Counted from the first letter of the stretch, positions 9,301 through 18,514 are shown. The stretch: 64,000 nt of DNA from Blastocatellia bacterium (GCA_025054955.1 JANWZE010000112.1:2310-66309), one strand, 5' to 3'. Numbers and translations: made by a program. The notes: generated from the sequence alone by a model not told the origin.

Positions 9301-10516
9301 CAGCGGATTCTTGCCGGCGCCAATGGCTTCAACACAGACGATTGAGCTGTTCCGCGCTATGCCGAGCCCATTTGGGTACGGTGAAGGTGGACAGTTCCTT
9401 GGCGAAATCAGGCCCGGCGCCGATGGTCAGTTTTCAATCATGATGCCGAAGCTGTCGGGCGATGCGCCGCTGGCCACAGCGTTGGCTAATGGCGATCAAC
9501 TCACGGCGACGGCGATTGATATTGCCGGCAACACGTCGGAGTTCTCTCCCAATTTCATCATTGGCATCGGCGACACCATCGCTCCCACGGTGCAACTGTT
9601 CTCGCCTAATGGCGGTGAGCTGGTCAATGCAGGTGAGACGATGACGATCCGCTGGCAATCGTTTGACAACGTTGGCGTGGTCGCGCAAGACGTGTTGTTG
9701 TCCACCGACAATGGCAGAACGTTCATGGCGCTGCAGACGAATCTGGCCGGCGCCATTCAACAACTTCAGGTGTCTGTGCCCATCGTGTTAGAAACGGCGC
9801 AGGCCGTGGTGTGCGTGGTCGCCCGCGATGGCAATCGGAATGAAGTGCGCGATTGCAGTGACAGTCCGTTTGTCATCTTCGGGCGCGATGTGATGCCGCC
9901 CTCGGTGAGGCTCGCTTCACCCAACGGCGGCGAAATTCTTGCAGCCGGTCAACCATACACCATCACCTGGCAGAGCAGTGATGATCGTCCGGGCATGACG
10001 TGCACCGTGCTGTTGTCCACTGACGGCGGCCTCAGTTACACGACGCTGGTTGCGGGCCTGACTGGTGTCAGCTCTTACACCTGGCACATTCCCGCGACGC
10101 TCGGTTCAACACAAGCGCGAATTCGTGTCATCTGCCGCGATGCCGCTGGATTGACCTCTCAGGATGAAAGCGACGCCAACTTCGCCATTGACCAACGCCG
10201 GCCAGAAGTTCGACTGGCCGAGCCCAACGGCGGCACAATCGTCCTGCGATTGGCAAACAATCCCGTGCGCATTCAGTGGGCATCGGCCGATGATGTGGCC
10301 GTCGCCTCCCACGACATCCTGCTCTCACTGGATGGCGGTGAAACATTCTCAATCACGGTGGCGGAGAACCTGCCTGGCTCGGCGCAATCCTACGATTGGG
10401 TCGTGCCGAGGCATATTCGTTCAGGCAAGGCTAAGGTCCGCATTATCTCCAAGGACTTTGTGGGCCGACTGAATCAAGATGATTCGGATCGGACATTTAT
10501 TTTGTTCCGTCCCTAA
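6383..10516 (+). CDS. giant secreted surface protein: signal peptide, 7 FG-GAP/integrin-alpha-like repeats, parallel beta-helix region, 4 C-terminal Ig/Fn3-like beta-sandwich repeats
   Basis: start chosen at ATG 6383 (RBS aaggagag; signal peptide MNRILISVVSVTALLASAAA); repeats DFNGDGRADMLAV, DFDQDGYVDILAA etc.; GNxIGxxAxG beta-helix turns; repeated SPNGGE...W(Q)S.DD...STDGG modules. Confidence 0.8.
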   Translation: MNRILISVVSVTALLASAAALPVVDAYRDGGQKVVVSGARSAPHQLNTHTETNWARMAYVVRPDTAKTASALAGLRAVQLIERDFNGDGRADMLAVYRGAGQAQVSLRLNQESGGFSQHHVSALAGQSPTAVVVEDINFDGHPDVLIAFEDLAAVSLVEGLGGGTFGEKQFATGTAVQAMTVADFDQDGYVDILAAGASAQAVVLLRGNDHGFGLPVTLYTWPEEKRIEPVALNVVDVDQDGLSDVAVTHRRGVDVLVAANVYEPTTLIVTPASVVDVAWADFNDDQKLDYLIALSNGYLQIGLSNQDGRFSRTQTLQTGMLIKQVATAQLNDDGYADVVMVCAEEKSLLLALNDGSGGLSRTSRLTLTAQPDAVTKTRLNKDGIDDLVIAADDGGMHTAASVTATITVNSTRDVMDIPANGQMSHLPGPDGRVCLREAIVAANNTAGPQTIVFNIPRSDSGFDGRVFRLQVTSALPELSGGGTTIDGSSQTLFTGDTNRAGPEIFLDGRAAGRNVDGLSMTSSLNVVQGLIVSSFSGSGVKMLGRAVQNILVGCYIGTNETGTEARPNGFSGVVVAGQGSQSNLIGGTVAEDRNVISGNGSHGITIQFPSFDNRVWGNYIGTTAAGDAPLPNLANGVYITSARENLIGGVFPGAGNVIAGNGRHGISIESGLSNQVQGNLIGTDATGSVALANGQHGIVVSFGSDSTLIGGTGALARNVISGNGLNGVEITQSSQNTRVSGNLVGTNQAGTAPLPNGVNGVLVTTGATQTLIGGLNPQSKNVIAGNKGSGVVLERDSSLNNLQGNYIGLDATGAAVLANGGDGVTLRNTTNNTIGGREPGAANVIAGNRGNGVMLSGANGNRVIGNIIGANVDQTVQWGNAENGILVQDAGSNTFEANTITASGRAGVMVLGASLQNRVSKNAIYNNRTLGIDLNGDGVTHNDPSDLDSGPNGLRNFPIITGVSEEASGLMVSGFLPAPMASTQTIELFRAMPSPFGYGEGGQFLGEIRPGADGQFSIMMPKLSGDAPLATALANGDQLTATAIDIAGNTSEFSPNFIIGIGDTIAPTVQLFSPNGGELVNAGETMTIRWQSFDNVGVVAQDVLLSTDNGRTFMALQTNLAGAIQQLQVSVPIVLETAQAVVCVVARDGNRNEVRDCSDSPFVIFGRDVMPPSVRLASPNGGEILAAGQPYTITWQSSDDRPGMTCTVLLSTDGGLSYTTLVAGLTGVSSYTWHIPATLGSTQARIRVICRDAAGLTSQDESDANFAIDQRRPEVRLAEPNGGTIVLRLANNPVRIQWASADDVAVASHDILLSLDGGETFSITVAENLPGSAQSYDWVVPRHIRSGKAKVRIISKDFVGRLNQDDSDRTFILFRP

Positions 10517-10541
10517 GGTCTTCTCTCTGTAGCGTTGGCTC

Positions 10542-10578
10542 ACAACCAGAAGGGCATCGCTCGCGTGCGGGCGATGCC
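10542..10578 (+). terminator. rho-independent terminator after giant gene 2
   Basis: GGGCATCGC-loop-GCGATGCCC followed by TTTTTATTT, 26 nt after stop. Confidence 0.7.
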
Positions 10579-10745
10579 CTTTTTATTTAGAGCGATTTTT
10601 AATTGCCTGTGGCCTGGGACCCCGCATTTGGTGTGCCAATGCACGCGCGCTCCCAGGCTTTGATGCTTCGTGGTGTGCGCGGAGCACATGCACGACTCCT
10701 CTGAAAAAGTCCGACATCAGCTTGCGCCGGAGGCGCAAACAGCAG

Positions 10746-10937
10746 GTAGCCCAGACGTGCAACGTCTGGAACAGCCGATCAAACAATCGTAGCGCGTTGG
10801 AGACGCGCTGAGCCAAGGGTGGTTGCGGCGAGCGGTTCGACGGCATGAACGACCCAGTGGGAGAACTGGTGGCGCCTCTGCAAGGCGCCCTGGAATTGGG
10901 AGGATGACACCCTTCTAGACGTTTCACGTCTGGCTAC
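10746..10937 (+). repeat. MITE-like TIR element copy A (~190 bp; extended homology 10640..10985)
   Basis: terminal inverted repeats GGTAGCC(C)AGACGTgcaaCGTCTGG ... CCAGACGTttcaCGTCTGGCTACC; internal GGCGCC palindrome; ~85% identical to copy B. Confidence 0.65.
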
Positions 10938-11331
10938 CCTCTTGTGGCGTCTGCCGACGCCGCTTCCCGAGATCGTTGCCTTGAAAATCCGTGGGCGTGC
11001 ACGCCTGCGGCGTGCTCGTCGGCAGGCAAAGCCTGGCCCGCTGCACGCGCGTGCTCCCACGGTAAGATCATTCGCTAACCGCCCTAGGGCGTAGAGGGAC
11101 GCGATGAGCTACTTCCATCGAAGCTTTTGCCACTGATCCGATCAGTCAGCTCAGAACGCCTGCTTTTTACCTCAGCGAGCCACTCCCCTCCTTTGTCACC
11201 CGCGTCACACGTGATCACAGATCCAAAGACGTTGGTGTGAACATCGGAGTTCATCTGCGACTGATTGCGTCTGTAAGTAGCATCATGAACGCTTCGATGG
11301 GTCTGCCTGCCGTGCCTGAGCAAGCCTGCTT

Positions 11332-13404
11332 TTGCTACCGTTGGTTCTTTTGGAATATAATCCCAGCGCGATGCCGTATTCGTTGCGACAAGTCTTCGAG
11401 CCAGGTGGTCTGATTGCTCAACATCATCCCAATTACGAAGACCGGCCAGGCCAGCTTCAGATGGCGCAAGCGGTGCTGGAAGCCATCTCTGAAGGCGGCC
11501 ACCTGTGCGTTGAGGCGGGCACTGGCACGGGCAAAACACTGGCCTATCTGGTGCCGGCCTTGGCTGCCCATGAACGGGTGATCATTTCTACCGGAACCAA
11601 AAACCTACAAGAGCAGCTCTATGCCAAGGACGTTCCCTTCCTGGAACAAGCGTTAGGGCGAAAGCTGCGCATCTGTTACATGAAAGGCCGATCCAACTAT
11701 GTCTGCCTCTATCGCCTCAAGAAGGCCGATCAAGCACCCATCCTGGAAGCGCTCGACGAGATGGATTACTTCAAAACTGTCCGCCAATGGGCTTTTCAGA
11801 GCGAGACTGGCGACCGCGCTGAATTGAGTGACTTGCCGGAGTCGTTAGGATTTTGGTCGAGTGTGGATGCGCGCTCGGAGATTTGCCTTGGTCAAAAATG
11901 TCCTGATTACGAGCCGTGCTTCATCACGAGAATGCGGCAGCGCGCGCTCGAATCCGACATCGTCATCGTCAATCACCATCTGTTTTTTGCTGATCTGGCG
12001 TTGCGCGGGCAGGACTACGGCGCTGTGTTGCCCGAATACTCAGTCGTCATTTTCGACGAAGCGCACGAGTTGGAGGATGTGGCCTCGGAATACTTCGGCG
12101 CACAGGTGAGCAATTATCGGATCGCCGAGTTAGTGCGCGACGCGCAGAACACGCCTATTACCGACACAATTGCTGCCGGTGAAATCGTCAAGGTCTGTGC
12201 GCGACTCAAGCAACGCGCTGACCGATTCTGGCAACACTTTGTCGCTGCCCCCGACAGGCTTCGGCGTCGGTGGGAAAACGAATCACCCTTTGGTCCCGAA
12301 GGGCGGTATGCGCTGGATGCTAGTTTCTGCATGCGCCGGCCCGGCGCGTTGAGCGGCAGGCCATCAGATGATGAGAGCCCTGAGGATGAGCCTGCCGACT
12401 CACTCGAATTGACGCCGGCAGGACAAAGTGTGTTGGCGTTGCTCAATGCGCTCACAAGGTTGGAAACGACGCTGGCATCGCTCAAGGACGCGCCGCCGGA
12501 GGTGAGCAACCTGGTGCGGCGAGCTGGGCAGGTTCGCCACGATCTGGAATTCATCATGAGCTGCGCCGAGCCAGAGTACGTCTACTGGTATGAACGGCGC
12601 GGGCGCGGCATCTTTCTTCAAGCAACGCCGATTGACGTCTCGTCTCTATTGGCCGAACGGCTCTTCGATCGTGTGCCGACGGCGATTCTGACGTCGGCCA
12701 CACTGGCCAGCAATCAATCCTTCAGCTTCATCCGTTCTCGTCTTGGGATCAAGCAAGCGCGTGAGTTGATCATTCCCTCGCATTTCGATTTTGCGCGGCA
12801 GGCCATTCTCTACCTGCCGCCCCATTTGCCTGACCCGCGTGAGCCGGGCTTTCTGGAACAGGCCGTTGAGGAGATCATCAAGGTTTTGGAGATCACGTCG
12901 GGCCGGGCGTTCGTGCTCTTCACGTCGGTTAATCAGATGACGGAAGCCTACAAGCGCGTCAGCGCGCGGGTTTCGTTCCCATGTTTGCTTCAAGGGCAGG
13001 GTTCCAAAGGGGGCCTGCTGCAACGATTCCGGCGCACGCCTCACGCGGTGTTGTTTGCCACGAGCAGTTTCTGGCAGGGCGTTGACGTTCAGGGCGAAGC
13101 GCTCAGTTGCGTCATCATTGATCGGTTGCCCTTTGCTGTGCCGACCGATCCGGTGGTGGCAGCCCGTTGCCGTTACATCCAGCAGCGCGGCGGCGACCCC
13201 TTCTACGAGTATTCACTGCCTCAGGCGGTGCTCATGCTCAAGCAGGGACTAGGGCGACTCATCCGCAGCAAAGATGACGTCGGCGTCTTGTGCGTTCTTG
13301 ATCCGCGACTGCGAACAAAATCCTATGGAGAAGTTTTTCTGCGAAGTCTGCCGCCCTGTCCGGTGACCACCGATATTAACCAGATCGCTCGCGTGTTCGA
13401 TTGA
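11332..13404 (+). CDS. dinG: ATP-dependent DNA helicase DinG/Rad3 family (Fe-S helicase)
   Basis: Walker A GTGTGKTLAYLVP, DEAH box VIFDEAHELED, 4-Cys cluster CLGQKCPDYEPCF; exact start uncertain (possibly ATG 11374). Confidence 0.85.
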   Translation: MLPLVLLEYNPSAMPYSLRQVFEPGGLIAQHHPNYEDRPGQLQMAQAVLEAISEGGHLCVEAGTGTGKTLAYLVPALAAHERVIISTGTKNLQEQLYAKDVPFLEQALGRKLRICYMKGRSNYVCLYRLKKADQAPILEALDEMDYFKTVRQWAFQSETGDRAELSDLPESLGFWSSVDARSEICLGQKCPDYEPCFITRMRQRALESDIVIVNHHLFFADLALRGQDYGAVLPEYSVVIFDEAHELEDVASEYFGAQVSNYRIAELVRDAQNTPITDTIAAGEIVKVCARLKQRADRFWQHFVAAPDRLRRRWENESPFGPEGRYALDASFCMRRPGALSGRPSDDESPEDEPADSLELTPAGQSVLALLNALTRLETTLASLKDAPPEVSNLVRRAGQVRHDLEFIMSCAEPEYVYWYERRGRGIFLQATPIDVSSLLAERLFDRVPTAILTSATLASNQSFSFIRSRLGIKQARELIIPSHFDFARQAILYLPPHLPDPREPGFLEQAVEEIIKVLEITSGRAFVLFTSVNQMTEAYKRVSARVSFPCLLQGQGSKGGLLQRFRRTPHAVLFATSSFWQGVDVQGEALSCVIIDRLPFAVPTDPVVAARCRYIQQRGGDPFYEYSLPQAVLMLKQGLGRLIRSKDDVGVLCVLDPRLRTKSYGEVFLRSLPPCPVTTDINQIARVFD

Positions 13405-13441
13405 AACCTTCTGTTGCAGGCTGTGAGATGGCCTGTCTATA

Positions 13442-14347
13442 ATGGCCGCTTCCAAGCAGTCTTTGGCAACCCAGGTGACCATGCTCATCAGGCAACGAAG
13501 AACAAGACGAATGCAGACCTTGACCAGGACGCTGATTGAAGCGGCTCGCCACGTTCATAACGAAGCGCGCGATATTGAAATCGTCCAGCGAGCGATCTAT
13601 CTGCCGAATTTACCCGCCGCCTTTGAAGGGTACACGTTGGTTCAGCTCTCTGATGTTCATCACGGCGCGCTGGTCCGAGCGGATTACATCCTCTCGGCTG
13701 TCGCCATGATCAATGAGCGGCAGCCTGACGTCGTGGTGTTGACGGGCGATTACATCACGCATTCGCGAGCGTATATGGAGCCGTGCGCTGAATTGCTGAG
13801 CCAGCTCCGGGCCAAAGATGGCGTTTTTGCCGTGCTCGGTAACCATGAATTTTGGACGGACGCCGATAAGATGACGCGGTCGTTCAAAAAGCACCACATC
13901 CATGTATTGCGCAACACGCATACGCACCTTGAGCGCAAGGGTGAGCGCCTCGCCCTGGTCGGCGTGGATGACTCGACAACGGCACAAGATGACATACGCG
14001 CGGCGTTGCACGGAGTACACATCAACGCGCCGACAATCTTGCTCTCACACAATCCCAATGTGCTGCGCAAAGCAGCTCATTTCGGCGTGCACTTGATTTT
14101 ATCCGGCCATACGCATGGCGGTCAGATTCGGCTCTCAACGCGCCAGCGGCCGCCGCATCGCTGGCTACGCTTCTATCATGGCTATGTTCAACTGGGCATG
14201 ACCCAACTCTATATCAACCGTGGACTGGGCACGGTCATCGTGCCTGTTCGCTATCAATGTCGTCCTGAAATTACTGTGATCGAACTCAAGCGAACAATGC
14301 CGGAGCCAGCCAACGGCTTGAGCAGCGGCTCCCACGACGATGAATGA
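13442..14347 (+). CDS. calcineurin-like metallophosphoesterase
   Basis: motifs DVHHG, GDYITH, GNHEF, GHTHGGQ. Confidence 0.8.
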   Translation: MAASKQSLATQVTMLIRQRRTRRMQTLTRTLIEAARHVHNEARDIEIVQRAIYLPNLPAAFEGYTLVQLSDVHHGALVRADYILSAVAMINERQPDVVVLTGDYITHSRAYMEPCAELLSQLRAKDGVFAVLGNHEFWTDADKMTRSFKKHHIHVLRNTHTHLERKGERLALVGVDDSTTAQDDIRAALHGVHINAPTILLSHNPNVLRKAAHFGVHLILSGHTHGGQIRLSTRQRPPHRWLRFYHGYVQLGMTQLYINRGLGTVIVPVRYQCRPEITVIELKRTMPEPANGLSSGSHDDE

Positions 14348-14979
14348 ATGTATCACCTGGCCAATCGCCGGTGGATGTACCGCCTGAGCGCCAAGAACGC
14401 CCCACGACGATGAATGAATGGGTCACCATTGCCAATCTCCTCACCATCCTGCGAATGGTTCTTATTCCGGTGTTTGTATTGCTTGTCGTTTATCAGCAAT
14501 TGAGTTGGGCGTTGTGCGTCTGGGTCGTGGCCGGATTGACCGACCTGTTTGATGGGCTATTGGCGCGCAAGCTGAATCAGACAACATCGCTTGGCGTGAT
14601 CCTCGATCCGATTGCCGACAAACTTCTGGTGGCCACGGCGTTCATTGTCTTAGGCATGAAATCTATTTTGAGCGATCCGATTCCATTCTGGTTGACGGTG
14701 ACCGTGATCAGCCGCGACGTCTTTATCGTGGTCGGTGCGTTGATGATCTTTATCAAAACGGGATTCCGCAACTTTCGTCCGTCATGGCCGGGAAAAATTA
14801 ACACGGTGGTTCAACTGATGCTGATCACGGCGTTTCTGGCTCATCAAATTGTCGGACGCTATGCGGATTCCATGCGCGTGCTCTATTACGTCGCATTTCT
14901 GATGGCCGTTTTCTCTGGCTTCCAATACATCTTTCACGCGACACGGTTACTCAACGAACAAAAGCTTCATGAGTCATGA
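14344..14979 (+). CDS. pgsA: CDP-alcohol phosphatidyltransferase (PgsA-like)
   Basis: DLFDGLLARKLNQTTSLGVILDPIADKL = D-G-x2-A-R...G-x3-D-x3-D motif; multiple TM helices; alternative start ATG 14410. Confidence 0.75.
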   Translation: MNVSPGQSPVDVPPERQERPTTMNEWVTIANLLTILRMVLIPVFVLLVVYQQLSWALCVWVVAGLTDLFDGLLARKLNQTTSLGVILDPIADKLLVATAFIVLGMKSILSDPIPFWLTVTVISRDVFIVVGALMIFIKTGFRNFRPSWPGKINTVVQLMLITAFLAHQIVGRYADSMRVLYYVAFLMAVFSGFQYIFHATRLLNEQKLHES

Positions 14980-15623
14980 TCTGCGACAGTTACGTTGGCC
15001 TCGCTGGGTGCCGTGGATTATCTCGGCATGCGCGTTGTTAGCATTCTACCGATTGAGTCACGACATCCTGATCGAACTGGCCGGTATCCTGCGACCAATC
15101 CTTGTTCGATTGCTCCTCTGGCTGGCGCTAGCCTATCTGACCGAACTGTTATTGGAATGGATGGAGCGCCGATTGAACTGGAATCGGGAACATGCCAGTC
15201 TGGCTGATCGGTGTTCCGTTGAGTCTGGGCACACTCACCGGCTTCGGTTATTTAATCTCCTATGTCGGCGCGTTCGTCTCTGTTGTGTTGACGCTTTTGT
15301 TGGTGTTGCTCACCACTGAGGGATGGTGGCCGCTGCTGGGCGTCATCGTGGTTTATGTGGGTGTGCACGCGCTTGAAGGGTTCTACTTGACGCCGCGGAT
15401 TCTGGGCGACCGATTAGAGCTGCACCCGATGGTGGTCATCATCGGATTGATTCTGGCAGGAAGCGCCTTTGGCATACTCGGCATTGTATTGGCATTGCCG
15501 GTGCTGGCGGTGTTAAAAGTCTGGTTGGAAGTCTTGCTGGAGCCATATCTCCAATCGTTGGCTGCACAGCAACCGATCACGGCGACCGATGCCAGGGACC
15601 TCGCTAGCCTACCGGATGGCTAA
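14969..15623 (+). pseudogene. AI-2E family transporter (PerM-like) remnant, apparent frameshift
   Basis: C-terminal part (15192..15623, frame 0) matches AI-2E conserved C-terminus (GVHALEGFYLTPRILGDRLELHPMVVIIGLI...); upstream part in another frame; combined length (~217 aa) far shorter than typical 340-400 aa. Confidence 0.45.
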
Positions 15624-15713
15624 GAGGCGCTTGCGCGGCTCCGCCCCAGAGCCGGAGACGATGACGCTGGCAAACTCAGTTCATGCGTTGAGCATGGCCA
15701 ATCAATCGTGCAG

Positions 15714-16505
15714 TTATTTCTTTGTGTATTTGTCCAGTGCGGTTGGAGGCTTTTCTGGCGGCGGCGGTGTTGGAACTTGATCAAGCGCCGCCGGGTCGAG
15801 CGCAGCAATGCGCGCCACGGCTTCAGCTTTCTCCGGTTCCTCCAGTCGCTCTTTGGCCACCTGCACGTAGAGGGCGACGGCTTCTGACTTTTTGCCTTGC
15901 AACTCGAGCGCCCGCGCCAGCGCCAGTTGAAGTTGAGGCTTAGGCAAGGAACCAGGATCATCCACGAGCTGTTTGTAAAGCGATTCAGCCCGACTGTAAT
16001 CGTTTTTCGCGATAGCGTGTTCAGCAAGCGCGACGCGCGCCAGACGGCTTGTGAGGGAATTTTCCTTGGCCAACGCTTCCAACGCCGATTGACCTTCGGT
16101 TGGATTCAAGTGTAACTGGCACACAGCCTCGTAATACTTGGCCATCGCGCCATAATCGGTCCAGCGATAGAGCCACGACGTGCTCACGCGCCGATAAGCT
16201 TGCAGAGCGGCGCGATACTTTTCTTCCTCTGTTTTGAAGGTACGAGCAGCGGCGCTGGCCGGCGGTGTTGTGGTCACTTCAGCGTTGAAGATGTCTGAAG
16301 CTTCTCCCAGCCGGCGCTCAGCCCGCGCGGACCACCAACTGTATCCGATCGTGACAATCAGAACGAGGGCGATAGCCAACCCGATGCGCTTGATAGTTTG
16401 CAGAATAACATCGCGATGCGCCGCCGCTTTTTCGGCTTGACGCAGATACCAATCCTGAAATGGATCATGCTTCAGTTCTTTGGCTTTGATTTTATGCTTT
16501 GGCAA
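15714..16505 (-). CDS. N-terminally anchored TPR-like membrane protein (YfgM-like)
   Basis: single TM near N-terminus then TPR-like helical repeats, Pro-rich tail. Confidence 0.55.
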   Translation of the reverse strand: MPKHKIKAKELKHDPFQDWYLRQAEKAAAHRDVILQTIKRIGLAIALVLIVTIGYSWWSARAERRLGEASDIFNAEVTTTPPASAAARTFKTEEEKYRAALQAYRRVSTSWLYRWTDYGAMAKYYEAVCQLHLNPTEGQSALEALAKENSLTSRLARVALAEHAIAKNDYSRAESLYKQLVDDPGSLPKPQLQLALARALELQGKKSEAVALYVQVAKERLEEPEKAEAVARIAALDPAALDQVPTPPPPEKPPTALDKYTKK

Positions 16506-16513
16506 TTTCCTAT

Positions 16514-16580
16514 CTCCTCAGAAAAAGTGGCACAGGCGTTCCCGCCTGTGGTGTTTTTCATCGTTTCTCTCGCGTCTTCC
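16514..16580 (+). repeat. dispersed hairpin repeat unit (CACAGGCG-TTCC-CGCCTGTG + TTTTCATCG)
   Basis: homologous to units at 28641-28800 and 29090-29345. Confidence 0.6.
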
Positions 16581-16791
16581 AGGCGGCATGTAGAACTCCT
16601 CGGAAAAGGCAAGCGCAGATTCACTGATCAGCAGATTTTCGATCAGTCAATCGGCGCTTGTTTTTCATTGTTTCTGAGTGTCGCTACTGGCGACAACTCC
16701 TGCAAGAACTCATATCGGCTACGACCGATGTGATCGTTGACCGTTTCTGGGCAAGGTTGTTTCCTCTGCGGGCCGCGCCTCTGCTGATGGG

Positions 16792-18105
16792 TTAGGCAGC
16801 CAGACAGAGCAGCCACCATGAAGCCAGCGGATGGGTGATCGGCGATCCTGTCGTCATCGGCGAGGAGACCGGCTCGGCAGGACGTTGCTGTCGGTCTTGC
16901 CACACGCGCATGTACCACGTGACCGCCATAATCGCGCCGATGATCAACGCAATCATCAGTCCCATGAGGATGCGCACAATGTTTCGTTCCACGCCGCTTG
17001 ACCCAGCGCCCACCAAGGACATCACCGCGCCAGACGGCTCCGACGGGTGGTTTTCCATCTGCTGTGGACCGATGAAGGGCGACTGCGAAAACTCTGCGCC
17101 GGACAGTGTCCGGTCGAGGTCTGGCAAGGGGTCTATCGAAGGCATGTCGGCATCGAGCAACTCCGGCAGTAAGTAAGCCGGCAGTGACTCATCTCGTTCG
17201 ATGCGTTCGAGCTGCAATGAGAATTCGGCAGGCGGCTCTGGCAGGCCATCTCCGGAAAACCGACAAAGGACAACTGTGATATTATCTTCACCGCCGCGCG
17301 CGTTGGCCAGCGCAACAAGCGTTCGGCAGGCTTGATCCAGGTCTGTACATGACGCGACAGCCTCAGCCAGTGCTGCGCCGTGAACCTTGTTAGACAATCC
17401 ATCACTGCACAACAGAATCACGTCGCCGCGGTAAATGGTCAGTCGGTCCAGAACCACCACAGTGTCAGGCTGAGCGCCGAGCGCTTGCAAAATGACGTTC
17501 TTATAGGCATGATCCTGCGCCTGCTCTTCGGTGATGTAACCCGCGTCAATCAATTGATTGACGAGCGATTGGTCTTTGGTCGCCTGCGCGATGTGGTGGC
17601 CACGAATGACGTAGGCCCGACTATCTCCTACTTGAGCCAGATAAGCGTCTCCTTGGTAGTAGGCTAGTCCGGTGAACGTCGCGCCCATGCCGGAAAACTT
17701 CGGCGACGATTGACTGCGACGGTGAATCAGTTTGTTCGCTTGTTCCAGCGCCAGACGGAATTGCTCGCTGAACGGCAGCGCGTGATACTCCGGTATGGAT
17801 TGGAATTTGTGCAAGTAAGCGCGAACCGACTGCACAGCCATCTGACTGGCCACTTCGCCGGCCAACGCACCACCCATCCCGTCGGAGACGGCTGCCACAT
17901 AGCCGTGCCGGCCAATCTCAATGCTCATGACAGGGCTGCCCGCCGGAGCCGACTCGGTCGCTGTACGATACTCGCCGCGTGTCAGGTCGGCGAGCAGAAA
18001 ATTATCCTCGTTGTTTTGTCGTACCTTGCCGACATCTGTTTGCGCCGCAACAGACACGACGACTGATTGGGGCTCAGTCATAGCGCCAAACCCCTCAATC
18101 GGCAT
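16792..18105 (-). CDS. PP2C-family Ser/Thr protein phosphatase with C-terminal membrane anchor
   Basis: VRQNNEDNF, SDGMGGALAGEVAS, CSDGL motifs; C-terminal TM IVRILMGLMIALIIGAIMAV. Confidence 0.8.
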   Translation of the reverse strand: MPIEGFGAMTEPQSVVVSVAAQTDVGKVRQNNEDNFLLADLTRGEYRTATESAPAGSPVMSIEIGRHGYVAAVSDGMGGALAGEVASQMAVQSVRAYLHKFQSIPEYHALPFSEQFRLALEQANKLIHRRSQSSPKFSGMGATFTGLAYYQGDAYLAQVGDSRAYVIRGHHIAQATKDQSLVNQLIDAGYITEEQAQDHAYKNVILQALGAQPDTVVVLDRLTIYRGDVILLCSDGLSNKVHGAALAEAVASCTDLDQACRTLVALANARGGEDNITVVLCRFSGDGLPEPPAEFSLQLERIERDESLPAYLLPELLDADMPSIDPLPDLDRTLSGAEFSQSPFIGPQQMENHPSEPSGAVMSLVGAGSSGVERNIVRILMGLMIALIIGAIMAVTWYMRVWQDRQQRPAEPVSSPMTTGSPITHPLASWWLLCLAA

Positions 18106-18146
18106 AATTCAAGACGGTTGCGCATTGGAAAACTACCCAGAAAAGC

Positions 18147-18222
18147 TGGAGCCGGCGATCGGACTTGAACCGATGACCTGACGATTACGAATCGTCTGCT
18201 CTACCAACTGAGCTACGCCGGC
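18147..18222 (-). tRNA. tRNA-Thr (anticodon CGT)
   Basis: reverse complement GCCGGCGTAGCTCAGTTGGTAGAGCAGACGATTCGTAATCGTC...GGTTCAAGTCCGATCGCCGGCTCCA: 7-bp acceptor stem, D-loop AGTTGGTA, anticodon loop TTCGTAA, T-loop GGTTCAAGTCC, 3' CCA. Confidence 0.9.
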
Positions 18223-18514
18223 TTCGCAGAGCCGAACAGTGTAGGAAAAACCCTAGGAGGTGTCAAGCTGAGGTTCAGCCGGTCAAGCGACCGCGCGTGA
18301 TCGAATCTCCTTTGAAAATAACATTTGAGCGATTCCTCGGAAACACCACTGATGAACACAGATGGACAGTACCAATTGCGGGTTGAAGAATTCGGTTCTA
18401 TCCGCTCAGACGCATTCTACGCGGGGGCCCACAGCGAGGCCCCCATACAGGCCTGCCCGCTTTCCTGGCGAAAACGCGGGCCCACAGCCACCCTGTACGG
18501 GCGGCTCGCCGTGG

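Noticed and set aside
10583-10927. Homologous ORFs (114 aa and 126 aa at 28625-29005) inside MITE copies A and B, as a possible small transposase/toxin
   Set aside because: Indels between the copies are not multiples of three, the shared 'peptide' (…SNALRLFDRLFQTLH…) is only a stretch of the conserved DNA, and copy C does not maintain the frame; conservation is at DNA/structure level.
16528-16545. TGGCAC-containing hairpin repeats (also 28648, 29204, 29288) as additional sigma-54 promoters
   Set aside because: The -12 element is TTCCC (no GC dinucleotide at the required spacing); the TGGCAC is part of the repeat's stem-loop, so these were not called promoters.
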